Position numbers and translations under genes: made by a program
Source of the DNA: an uncultured archaeon
Lineage (GTDB): Archaea > Aenigmatarchaeota > Aenigmatarchaeia > QMZP01
Assembly (NCBI GenBank): GCA_964537525.1
Contig: CAZIAB010000002.1
Coordinates: 1-48,805, forward strand
Reading direction: 5' to 3'
DNA length: 48,805 nt
In this document: one piece after another, positions 24,871 to 33,062 of the stretch
Position numbering within the stretch: position 1 is the first letter of the stretch
How the letters are laid out: each line of letters opens with the position of its first letter
The notes under the pieces: generated by a model
What the model was told of the DNA's origin: nothing
Databases searched by the model: none
What the model saw: only the letters and a program-made list of their open reading frames with translations

Positions 24871-25155
24871 ATGTTATCGGACATACCGAAGAAACTGGAA
24901 AAGCTGGACAGGAAGAGCCTTGACCAGGAGATACTCAGGGCAGGGATAATAGCAGAACTGGATGCCATAAACCTCTACGAGCAGATGGCCGCGATGACGG
25001 CGAACAGGGACATAAGGGCAATCCTCCTTGACATAGCAAAGGAGGAGAAGACCCACGTCGGTGAGTTCCAGACTCTGCTCCTTAAAGAGGACCCGGAACA
25101 GGTCAGGGAGCTTGAAGAGGGAAAGAAAGAGGTAGAGAAGGAACTATCGAAATAG
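24871..25155 (+). CDS. Half-ferritin resembling encapsulated ferritin (EncFtn-like), 94 aa
   Basis: IIAELDAINLYEQ ... ILLDIAKEEKTHVGEFQTLL gives the E...ExxH arrangement, with the length of EncFtn-type monomers. Call made from memory of the family pattern. Confidence 0.5.
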   Translation: MLSDIPKKLEKLDRKSLDQEILRAGIIAELDAINLYEQMAAMTANRDIRAILLDIAKEEKTHVGEFQTLLLKEDPEQVRELEEGKKEVEKELSK

Positions 25156-25163
25156 GTGGCAGG

Positions 25164-25682
25164 ATGGTAGAGCTTTGGAGATGCGAGATATGCGGGGACC
25201 CCTATATAGGGGAGAATCCCCCTGACAATTGTCCGTTCTGCGGGGCCCACAGGAGATACATAAAGAAGGCAAAGGAGGCAGAAGCCAGCTTCAGCGTTGA
25301 GCTCAATGAGGTGGATAAGGCTAACGCAGAGCACGCCCTCCAGGTCGAGATAAGCAACGCGGCATTCTACTTCTGCGCTGCTCAGAAGACCAACGACCCC
25401 GAGGGAAGGCTGCTTTTCAAGGCACTCGGCAAGGTCGAGGCAGAGCATGCCGCGGTCTGGAAGAAGATACTGCGCCTGGACAAGGTCCCCGAGAGCAGTG
25501 AGGAATGCCACAAGACAAACAGCGACAACCTCGAGGACTCGCATGCCAGGGAAACCAGGGCGATAGACTTCTACAGGAAGGCGGCGCAGGAGGCGGTCAA
25601 CCCGAGGGTGAAGCAGATATTCGAGGCGTTCGTTGAGGTGGAGACAGATCACCTTAAGCTCTCGGAGGAGAGGCTGAAATAA
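25164..25682 (+). CDS. Reverse-rubrerythrin-like protein (N-terminal rubredoxin-like CxxC...CxxC plus ferritin-like domain)
   Basis: CEICGD...CPFCGA at the N-terminus, then the diiron-type motifs EISNAAFY, EAEHAAVW, ETRAIDFY, ETDHLKL. Confidence 0.7.
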   Translation: MVELWRCEICGDPYIGENPPDNCPFCGAHRRYIKKAKEAEASFSVELNEVDKANAEHALQVEISNAAFYFCAAQKTNDPEGRLLFKALGKVEAEHAAVWKKILRLDKVPESSEECHKTNSDNLEDSHARETRAIDFYRKAAQEAVNPRVKQIFEAFVEVETDHLKLSEERLK

Positions 25683-25692
25683 GGAGATTGCA

Positions 25693-26499
25693 ATGGTTCC
25701 TGAAAACATCTGGATTGCGCTCCTGCTTACGCTCCTGGCAGGTGCAGCCACGGGAATTGGAAGCGCGTTCCCGTTCTTCATAAAGAGGTTCAGGAAGTCA
25801 TACCTCTCCTTTGCGCTTGGCATGTCAGCGGGCGTGATGATATACATCTCCCTGGCAGAGCTCATGCCGTCCGCGACAGAGGGGATGGGCTTCCTCATGG
25901 CCAACGTCGCATTCTTTTCAGGCATAGTCCTGATAATGCTGATAGACTTTCTCATACCGCACGATTACATAGAGGAGCACGTTTCAGGAGGTCACTGCCA
26001 AAGAGGTCACGCGGTTGACAGGAAGCTGATGTCAGCAGGCATATTCACCGCAATAGGCATAGCGATACACAACTTCCCAGAGGGCCTGGCAGTCCTGGTC
26101 GGTTCCCTGCAGAGCATCAGCCTGGGGATTCCCGTGGCGTTCGCGATAGCGGTCCACAACATACCCGAGGGTATTGCAGTCTCCTTCCCGATATTCTATG
26201 CGACAAGGAGCAGGGCAAAGGCCTTCACATATTCGCTGCTTTCCGGTCTCGCGGAGCCCGCTGGGGCGATAATAGGAATCATGATACTCCTTCCGTTCAT
26301 TAGCCCATGGCTGCTCTCGTTCATGCTGGCCTTCGTTGCGGGGATAATGGTCTTCATAAGCTTCGACGAGCTCCTCCCCCTCTGCTTCGAGAAGGGGATG
26401 TGCCGCAAGGAGCACCATTGTATATGGAGGGCCCACGTTCCCATACTGGGAATAATATTCGGCATGCTGATAATGGCATTGAGCCTCTATCTCTTTTAG
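25693..26499 (+). CDS. zupT: ZIP-family metal transporter (ZupT-like)
   Basis: HNFPEGLAV and HNIPEGIAV motifs; 8 TM helices; 268 aa. Confidence 0.85.
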   Translation: MVPENIWIALLLTLLAGAATGIGSAFPFFIKRFRKSYLSFALGMSAGVMIYISLAELMPSATEGMGFLMANVAFFSGIVLIMLIDFLIPHDYIEEHVSGGHCQRGHAVDRKLMSAGIFTAIGIAIHNFPEGLAVLVGSLQSISLGIPVAFAIAVHNIPEGIAVSFPIFYATRSRAKAFTYSLLSGLAEPAGAIIGIMILLPFISPWLLSFMLAFVAGIMVFISFDELLPLCFEKGMCRKEHHCIWRAHVPILGIIFGMLIMALSLYLF

Positions 26500-26552
26500 T
26501 TCCGGACAAGCTTAAAAACCCCTGTTATATAACTGTATGGGGGTGATTCATT

Positions 26553-26936
26553 ATGACGAAACTAAGTGAAATCTACAAGTGCAACGTGTGCGGGAACGTC
26601 GTTGAGGTCCTTTACACTGGGGTGGGACAGCTGGTCTGCTGCGGCCAGCCGATGGAGCTGCTCAAGGAAAAGACCCAGGACGGGGGCAAGGAGAAGCATG
26701 TCCCTGTCGTAAAGGTCGGGGGAAAGAACGTCCACGTGGACGTCGGCTCTGTCCCGCATCCTATGGAGGAGAAGCATTACATAGGCCTGATAGAAATCCT
26801 CGGGGACGGTGTGGTCATAGCCAGCGCGAGCCTGAGGCCAGGCAACCCTCCGAAGGCAGACTTCTGCCTCGACCCTGCCGGCGCAAAGATAACCGCTAGG
26901 ATTTGGTGCAATGTCCACGGCGTCTGGAAATCCTGA
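26553..26936 (+). CDS. dfx: Desulfoferrodoxin (2Fe superoxide reductase)
   Basis: Desulforedoxin N-terminus KCNVCGNVVEV...CCGQPM, then the SOR domain KHVPV...HPMEEKHYI...CNVHGVW. Confidence 0.9.
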   Translation: MTKLSEIYKCNVCGNVVEVLYTGVGQLVCCGQPMELLKEKTQDGGKEKHVPVVKVGGKNVHVDVGSVPHPMEEKHYIGLIEILGDGVVIASASLRPGNPPKADFCLDPAGAKITARIWCNVHGVWKS

Positions 26937-26937
26937 A

Positions 26938-27750
26938 TCAAACGCTGACCCTGGTACCGCTCCTCGTTCTCTTTGAGAGGCCCAGATCTCCCCCTCTCAG
27001 TTGGTGGTAGGTGAATACCGGCCCGTCAGAGCAGGTCAGGTACGTCCTCCCGTCGCCTCCCCTTATCTCGCAGTGGCCGCATATCCCGTAACCAAGGCAC
27101 TTCATGTACCTCTCCACCGCGAGGATTATGTTCCCCGGTTCTGTGTACTTCATTGCCTTCTCTGCCGCAGCCACGGCCATCTTCTCTGGCCCGCATATGA
27201 AGAACCGGGTTCCCTTCCTTATCCCGGATTCATCGATTAAGTCTGTCACGAAACCCTTCCTTCCGAACGAGCCGTCGTCCGTCGAGACAGTGACGTCCAT
27301 AGAACCCAGGAGCTTGGAGCAGGGGAGGGCTTCCCTTTCTGACCTCGCCCCGAGGAGAACCTTCGTCTTTTTGGGGTTGGTGTACCTTGCGAGGAACGCC
27401 AGCGGGGCGATTCCAATCCCCCCCGCAACGAGGCAGGACGGCTTATCTTTATCATAGAAATCCAGGAACGAGTTTCCGTAGGGTCCCCTCATGAAGATTT
27501 TCTCTCCTACTCTCTTCCTGAATATTGAGGAGGTGAAGGAATTCTCTCCTCCGACCCTCCTTATCATTATCCTTATTGGTGAGCTGTCAACAAGGGAGAA
27601 GGGCCTCTCGCTGACCCCGGGAATCCAGAGGACCACGAAGTTTCCCGGCCTTACCTTTGCAGAGCCCTCCAGTTCGAATATCTTCACGTCATCCGAGACC
27701 TCTGTTATTTCCCTTATCCTGTATGGGAGGAATTCGTCCCTATCTTTCAT
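26938..27750 (-). CDS. pyrK: Dihydroorotate dehydrogenase electron-transfer subunit PyrK
   Basis: FAD/NAD ferredoxin-reductase-like fold with C-terminal 2Fe-2S motif CLGYGICGHC...C. Overlaps the pyrD 3' end. Confidence 0.85.
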   Translation of the reverse strand: MKDRDEFLPYRIREITEVSDDVKIFELEGSAKVRPGNFVVLWIPGVSERPFSLVDSSPIRIMIRRVGGENSFTSSIFRKRVGEKIFMRGPYGNSFLDFYDKDKPSCLVAGGIGIAPLAFLARYTNPKKTKVLLGARSEREALPCSKLLGSMDVTVSTDDGSFGRKGFVTDLIDESGIRKGTRFFICGPEKMAVAAAEKAMKYTEPGNIILAVERYMKCLGYGICGHCEIRGGDGRTYLTCSDGPVFTYHQLRGGDLGLSKRTRSGTRVSV

Positions 27751-28696
27751 GCGCCGCACCCCTCATTTCCATAAGCGAGCTGTAGCCGAGCTTCCTCACG
27801 GTCGAGAATAGCTCTGAAACCAGCCTCTCGATGAATTTCTGCTTCTCCAGGGTGGTGGGAGGCAGGGACGAGCCCATTGCAACAACATCGGCGCCTGCCT
27901 GCACGTATTCAACAACATCTGCTGCGTTCTCTATGCCCCCGACCCCTATTATCGGCGCCTTGGGAAAGGCCTCCCTTAGGGAATAAACGCAGCCTATGCC
28001 TATAGGCCTTATCCCCGAGCCCGATACCCCGCCGTACCCGGAGGAGAGGACAGGCCTCCTGGCGTGGATGTTTATCTTCATCCCTCCTGGGATGGTGTTG
28101 GTGACAGAGAGCCCGTCTGCACCTGATTTGAGAGAGGCCTCGGCTGCCTTTAGGAACCTTTCCATGCTGAATATGTAGAGCCCGGGCGGGAGCTTTATGA
28201 AGAGCGGCTTCCCTGTCGCCGCTTTTATTGCCTTCACGTTGGTCCTTATCCTGTCAGAATCATATCCTATGGTCACTCCGACCGTCTCTCCCGGCTTTAT
28301 GTTCGGGCACGAGAAGTTCGCCTCGAACGCGTCAACATAAGGTTCGAGAATCCTGGCCGCCTCTGCCATATCCGCCTCATTGTTGCCTGATATGGATGCA
28401 AACAGAGGAATCTTAGGTTTCGTTTCGCTGAGCTCTCCTGCGAGTTCCCTGCATCCCGGTCCTGGCAGGCCCACGGCGTTTATGTAAGTCCCGGGCCCGG
28501 TCCTGCAGTAGACAGGGGTCTCGTTGCCGTGCCTCTCCTCAATGCTGACTGTCTTGAGTATTACCCCGCCGAAATGCTTCTCGACCTCCTTCATGGGCCC
28601 GGGGTATGCAAGGAAGCCGGACGTGACCATTATGGCCGGGTCAATCCTTATCCCCGCAACCACACCCGAAAGGTCTATGTCCACAAAATCCCCCAT
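27740..28696 (-). CDS. pyrD: Dihydroorotate dehydrogenase, catalytic subunit (class 1B)
   Basis: SGNNEADMAEAA...ANFSCPN...VTNTI...GGVSG...IIGVGGI pattern; sits immediately upstream of pyrK. Confidence 0.9.
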   Translation of the reverse strand: MGDFVDIDLSGVVAGIRIDPAIMVTSGFLAYPGPMKEVEKHFGGVILKTVSIEERHGNETPVYCRTGPGTYINAVGLPGPGCRELAGELSETKPKIPLFASISGNNEADMAEAARILEPYVDAFEANFSCPNIKPGETVGVTIGYDSDRIRTNVKAIKAATGKPLFIKLPPGLYIFSMERFLKAAEASLKSGADGLSVTNTIPGGMKINIHARRPVLSSGYGGVSGSGIRPIGIGCVYSLREAFPKAPIIGVGGIENAADVVEYVQAGADVVAMGSSLPPTTLEKQKFIERLVSELFSTVRKLGYSSLMEMRGAAHER

Positions 28697-28736
28697 AAAT
28701 CATTGTAGCTAAATTTTATAACCTCTTTGTTTCCCC

Positions 28737-28809
28737 ATCGGCTTACAGACGTTACCACTTGTCATATTTATTCAGTCGCAAGCCGATAAGCAACATGCAA
28801 AATCTTGAG
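28737..28809. repeat. 73-bp intergenic repeat, copy B (58/73 identical to 8004-8076)
   Basis: Manual ungapped alignment. Lies between the pyrD start (28696) and the nth start. Confidence 0.85.
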
Positions 28810-28847
28810 ATTAGGTTAGCTTAAATTTAACAATGACATCTATTAAC

Positions 28848-29507
28848 ATGGCCGGGGAGGTTGACATCGGGGAGGTCTACAGGATTCTGAAGAACCACGT
28901 CACTGAATACAGGATTCCCTCCGTTGACCTCATAGAGCAGCAGACAAAGGACCCCTTCAAGATACTGGTTTCGACAATCCTCTCCGCGAGGACGCAGGAC
29001 AGGGCAACCAGGGAGGCCTCCGGAAGGTTATTCTCCATTGCCCCGACCCCAGAGAGGCTGGAGAGATTGTCCGTGAGGGAGATTGAGCTTCTGATCCGTC
29101 CTGTTGGTTTCTACAGGCAGAAGGCCCGGTATCTGAAGCAGCTTCCGAAAGCCCTGAGGAAGGCAGGAGGAATCCCACAGTGCATCGAGGAACTGGTGAA
29201 GCTTCCTGGCGTGGGAAGGAAGACCGCTAACCTTGTTGTTTCGGTGGCTTTCAGGAAGCCGGGAATCTGCGTGGATACCCATGTCCACAGGATAATGAAC
29301 AGGCTCGGCTACGTGAGGACCAGGAACCCGCATGAGACAGAGATGGCTTTAAGAGGAAAGCTTCCAAGAAGATACTGGATGGGCATAAACCCGATTCTCG
29401 TTGCTTTCGGCCAGAACCTCTGCAGACCCGTCTCACCGAAGTGCGGGGTTTGCCCGGTATACCAGCACTGCAACAGGGTTGGTGTCAAGAAGTCACGAAG
29501 GAGATAG
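28848..29507 (+). CDS. nth: Endonuclease III (HhH-GPD DNA glycosylase/AP lyase with 4Fe-4S loop)
   Basis: DPFKILVSTILSARTQD, HhH LPGVGRKTANLV, VDTHV, and the Cys cluster C-x6-C-x2-C-x5-C (CRPVSPKCGVCPVYQHC). ATG 28848 lies about 25 nt after the TATA-like box gcttaaatttaac; ATG 28833 is the alternative. Confidence 0.85.
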   Translation: MAGEVDIGEVYRILKNHVTEYRIPSVDLIEQQTKDPFKILVSTILSARTQDRATREASGRLFSIAPTPERLERLSVREIELLIRPVGFYRQKARYLKQLPKALRKAGGIPQCIEELVKLPGVGRKTANLVVSVAFRKPGICVDTHVHRIMNRLGYVRTRNPHETEMALRGKLPRRYWMGINPILVAFGQNLCRPVSPKCGVCPVYQHCNRVGVKKSRRR

Positions 29508-29565
29508 CTGGTTTCCCGGAAGGGAAACATCAGGGAGTCGTGTAGCATGTCTGTCACGGGGTGTA

Positions 29566-30189
29566 ATGATGCGATGTCTGATTGAGGATGTGGAGAAGCT
29601 GAAGTCAGGAAGCCTCAGGGAGAGGATAGAGTCCAGGCTCAGTGAGTTCAGGGAATCCGGAAAAAAATCTCCGGAGGAGATTTTTCAGGAACTCTGTTTC
29701 TGCCTGCTCACAGCAAACTTCAACGCAGGGAAGAGCATCATGATTCAAGAGAGGATAGGCAGGGGTTTTCTCACCCTCCCCGAGAAGGAGCTGGCAGAGA
29801 GATTGAAGGAGTTCGGCCACCGCTACCCCAACGCCAGGGCAAAGTATATAGTGGAGGCAAGGAAGCACGTCCCTGAACTGAAAGGCGTCCTCTCAATGGA
29901 CGGGATAAAGGCCAGGGAGTGGCTGGTGAAGAACGTGAAGGGCCTGGGATACAAGGAGGCGAGCCATTTCCTCAGAAACGTGGGTTTCAGGGACCTCGCC
30001 ATAGTGGACTTTCATATCGTGGACATACTCACCAAGCACGGGATGTGCGGGGGGAGGAGAGCCATGACCCCCATGAGGTATCTGGAACTCGAGGGGAAGC
30101 TGCTCGGGCTGGGCAGGGAGCTGGGGATGGACATGGCAGAGCTGGATCTCTACCTCTGGTATTGCGAGACAGGGAAGGTATTGAAATGA
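29566..30189 (+). CDS. ogg: Archaeal Ogg2-type 8-oxoguanine DNA glycosylase/lyase
   Basis: 207 aa from ATG 29566; VKGLGYKEASHFLRNVGFRDLAIVDFHI (HhH-GPD with the Lys/Asp pair). The upstream part of ORF 29401.. overlaps nth and is discarded. Confidence 0.75.
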   Translation: MMRCLIEDVEKLKSGSLRERIESRLSEFRESGKKSPEEIFQELCFCLLTANFNAGKSIMIQERIGRGFLTLPEKELAERLKEFGHRYPNARAKYIVEARKHVPELKGVLSMDGIKAREWLVKNVKGLGYKEASHFLRNVGFRDLAIVDFHIVDILTKHGMCGGRRAMTPMRYLELEGKLLGLGRELGMDMAELDLYLWYCETGKVLK

Positions 30190-31298
30190 TAGGTTCTGCT
30201 GCGAGACTGGGCTCATTCCTCAGGGGGCTTGACCCGAAGATGGCAGGGGTTTTCGTCCCCTTTGCCATGAGGCACCCCAAATACCTGAAATCCTTCCCGA
30301 GGTTCATAAAGTCATGGAAAGAAGCCAAGAAACTCAGGGAGGAGGCAAAGGACAGAGGGCTTGTCGTTCCACCCTTCCTTATTCTGAGCATTACCTCGAG
30401 GTGCAACCTGGCCTGTGCAGGGTGCTATGCAGCCGCGACAGGGACACTCAACAACAGGCCCCACATGAAGGCCGGTGAGTGGAAGAGGATAATAAGGGAG
30501 GCAAGTGATGCTGGGGTGTTTGGCTTCGTCATAGCAGGAGGGGAACCCTTCCTGTTTCCGGGCCTAATTGACATGTGCCGGGATTTCAGCGACAGGCTTT
30601 TCATGATATTCACCAATGGGACCGTCCTCAAGGACAGTGACATGGAGAAGATAAGGAAATCCACCAACATACTGGTTTTCGTTAGCGTTGAGGGCAGCGA
30701 GGAAGTCACGGACGGCAGGAGAGGAGAGGGCGTCCATGGAAGGGCAATGGAATCAATCGTCAGGCTGGCAGGGGCAGGTGTCATAACAGGGATATCCGTC
30801 ACGATAACCAGGAAAAATTTCAGGTACTGGATGGATGAAGGGAACATGGAAATGTTCATCGGTAAAGGCATCCGCGCGTGCGCATTCATTGAGCACATCC
30901 CGACCAAGCCTGGCGACAGGGGATTGATGCTCAGCAGGGAAGAGAGGAAATCCTTCCGCTCGAGAGTTATTGAATACAGGGAAGGCAAGCCAATATACAT
31001 CGTGCATTCCCCGGGCGATGAGGACTTCTTCGGGGGGTGCGTATCTGCCGGAAGGGGATTCGCCCATGTGACCCCGGAGGGGGACCTGACCGCGTGCCCG
31101 ATATCCGATGTCGCGACCCACAACCTCACCAAATCAAGCATTTTGGACGCCCTAAAGAGCGGCCTGTTCAGGGAGATAAGGGATAACGAGCACCTTCTGG
31201 AGAACGAGGGGACGCCGTGCGCCCTCTTTGCCCACCCCAGTGAGGTGGACGAGATTGCGAAGAGGGTGGGAGCTTACAGGACGTCTTGGGTTTCCTAA
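30186..31298 (+). CDS. Radical SAM enzyme with C-terminal Cys-rich (SPASM/twitch-like) region
   Basis: CNLACAGC (CxxxCxxC), GGEPFL, C-terminal GGCVSAGRGFAHVTPEGDLTACP. ATG 30186 overlaps the ogg stop (ATGA). Confidence 0.75.
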   Translation: MIGSAARLGSFLRGLDPKMAGVFVPFAMRHPKYLKSFPRFIKSWKEAKKLREEAKDRGLVVPPFLILSITSRCNLACAGCYAAATGTLNNRPHMKAGEWKRIIREASDAGVFGFVIAGGEPFLFPGLIDMCRDFSDRLFMIFTNGTVLKDSDMEKIRKSTNILVFVSVEGSEEVTDGRRGEGVHGRAMESIVRLAGAGVITGISVTITRKNFRYWMDEGNMEMFIGKGIRACAFIEHIPTKPGDRGLMLSREERKSFRSRVIEYREGKPIYIVHSPGDEDFFGGCVSAGRGFAHVTPEGDLTACPISDVATHNLTKSSILDALKSGLFREIRDNEHLLENEGTPCALFAHPSEVDEIAKRVGAYRTSWVS

Positions 31299-31329
31299 AC
31301 AATTTTAATAATTAGTCCAAAATCTAAAG

Positions 31330-31725
31330 ATGGCATACCACAGGCTGCTGCTGGTCATACTAATCTCGCTGATACTTTCCGTGCTCGTGCAGAGGGAGAA
31401 CCTCTTTGCTGACGAGTTCTTCATAGTCTCCTACGCCATGATGTCCTTCATCCTGATAGTGGGCATGAAGTCAGAGAAATCCTACGAGAACGCCCTTGGG
31501 CTGGGCTTCCTGCTGCTAATCCTCGCTGGAATCCTCTCGACATGGATTGTGGTTGACATGGTAAGCAACATGCCCATAGAGGATTTCGTGTTCAGGTTCG
31601 CCGTGACCTTGGTTATGAACTCCTGCTCCATAGGATTCTTCTGGGAGGGCAGGAAGCTGAGGAAAGGCCTGCAACAGGACTACCTGGGCAGGAGCCGAAA
31701 GGATGACCTCTTCTGGAGATACTGA
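31330..31725 (+). CDS. Membrane protein (4 TM), unknown function
   Basis: 131 aa, hydrophobic. Confidence 0.45.
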   Translation: MAYHRLLLVILISLILSVLVQRENLFADEFFIVSYAMMSFILIVGMKSEKSYENALGLGFLLLILAGILSTWIVVDMVSNMPIEDFVFRFAVTLVMNSCSIGFFWEGRKLRKGLQQDYLGRSRKDDLFWRY

Positions 31726-31745
31726 CCCGTTACAAAAGACTGGCC

Positions 31746-31826
31746 CTAGAGCCCTAAATTAAGGAAGATAAGGGCAGAACCAAAAACCATACCAAGGCCG
31801 ATTGCAACGTATAAAATCCTTCTCAT
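31746..31826 (-). CDS. Candidate 26-aa hydrophobic micropeptide (MRRILYVAIGLGMVFGSALIFLNLGL)
   Basis: ATG preceded by GAGGT 11 nt upstream. Divergent from the ArsR-like gene across a palindromic tttaaa box. Below the ORF-track cutoff. Confidence 0.2.
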   Translation of the reverse strand: MRRILYVAIGLGMVFGSALIFLNLGL

Positions 31827-31934
31827 TCTGTATCTGAACCTCGATAATTCATTGGAGACAAACCTTTAAATTATTTGCGGTCATGGCCGAACAAAACCGG
31901 AAAGACTATTAAACATTCAGGACAATTCCTTATC

Positions 31935-32501
31935 ATGGAGGATGAGAAGATAACCCTGGACATGAAGTCCTTCAAGGCCCTTGCATCCGAGAGCAGGGTG
32001 TCCATACTCAAGAGTCTCAAGAGGAGGAGGAAAATGCTTACCGAGTTGTCCAGGGAGCTCAAGATGTCACCCTCCACTGTCAAGGAGCACCTCGACAGCC
32101 TCTCCGGAGCAGGACTGGTCGTCCAGATAGACGACGGCCACAAGTGGAAGTATTACGAGCTCACCAGGGCAGGGAAGGATATCCTTGATCCCAACGAGAC
32201 CAGGGTCTGGGTCATCCTGGGACTGTCAGCAATAGCTTTGGTATTCACTTCATGGGACCTCATAAGGACGACCTTCGGTGACTGGGGAGTGAAGGAAGCG
32301 GCCAGGACCTTTGCAGGCGACATGCTCCAATCTCCTTTGAACGAGGCCGCAGAGGGAGCGGCAGGCACTGCAGCCGGAGGGATTCAGGCAGCCGTCCAGA
32401 TACCATACCCCCATATAATAGCGATAGGCCTCTTCGCCGCGATATTCGGTCTTTCCGTTGGCTACATGCTCGCCAGAAGAAAATGGATTCAGCCAATATG
32501 A
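31935..32501 (+). CDS. ArsR-family winged-helix regulator with C-terminal TM segments (membrane-tethered)
   Basis: FKALASESRVSILKSLKRRRKMLTELSRELKMSPSTVKEHLDSLSGAGLV, then two hydrophobic helices (VWVILGLSAIALVFTSW, IIAIGLFAAIFGLSVGYML). Confidence 0.7.
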   Translation: MEDEKITLDMKSFKALASESRVSILKSLKRRRKMLTELSRELKMSPSTVKEHLDSLSGAGLVVQIDDGHKWKYYELTRAGKDILDPNETRVWVILGLSAIALVFTSWDLIRTTFGDWGVKEAARTFAGDMLQSPLNEAAEGAAGTAAGGIQAAVQIPYPHIIAIGLFAAIFGLSVGYMLARRKWIQPI

Positions 32502-32578
32502 GACCGAAAACTCATAGGTCCATACTATTCTCATGATAATATTGATGCATTTATATTCTGTCAAGCCAAGATATTTCC

Positions 32579-33058
32579 ATGAACCACGGGGAGATTGGAA
32601 AGCTCATTGTCTCCATACTGGTGTGCCAGGCAGCGGGAATAGTGGGTTCAGTGTTCACCACTTCGAACATACCCACATGGTACGCCACCCTTAACAAACC
32701 ATTCTTCACCCCACCGAACTGGCTGTTCGGTCCTGTCTGGATAACCCTCTACACCCTTATGGGAATCTCACTGTATCTTGTAATCAGGGGCGGGTGGAAA
32801 CAGAAGGAGAAGAGGAAGGGCCTCTGGCTCTTCGGCGCCCAGCTTTTCCTGAATTCCCTGTGGTCTATCTTCTTTTTTGGCCTGCGGAACCCGCTCCTGG
32901 GAGTGATTGGGATAATCCCGCTCTGGATTCTCATTCTCCTGACTATCCTGGAGTTCAGGAAGGTAAACAGGACAGCGGCCTGGCTGCTGGTCCCATACAT
33001 ATGCTGGGTCACGATAGCAACCGCACTTAACATCGGGGTCTGGCTGCTCAATCCCTGA
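32579..33058 (+). CDS. tspO: TspO/MBR tryptophan-rich sensory protein
   Basis: WYATLNKPFFTPPNWLFGPVWITLYTLMG, 5 TM helices, 159 aa. Confidence 0.85.
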   Translation: MNHGEIGKLIVSILVCQAAGIVGSVFTTSNIPTWYATLNKPFFTPPNWLFGPVWITLYTLMGISLYLVIRGGWKQKEKRKGLWLFGAQLFLNSLWSIFFFGLRNPLLGVIGIIPLWILILLTILEFRKVNRTAAWLLVPYICWVTIATALNIGVWLLNP

Positions 33059-33062
33059 TTTC

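Noticed and set aside
29401-29565. Upstream 55 codons of ORF 29401..30189, and likewise 29919..30185 of ORF 29919..31298
   Set aside because: They overlap the preceding genes (nth, ogg) in another frame and have an Arg/Gly/Ser-rich composition. Internal ATGs at 29566 and 30186 give proteins of the expected length and N-termini.
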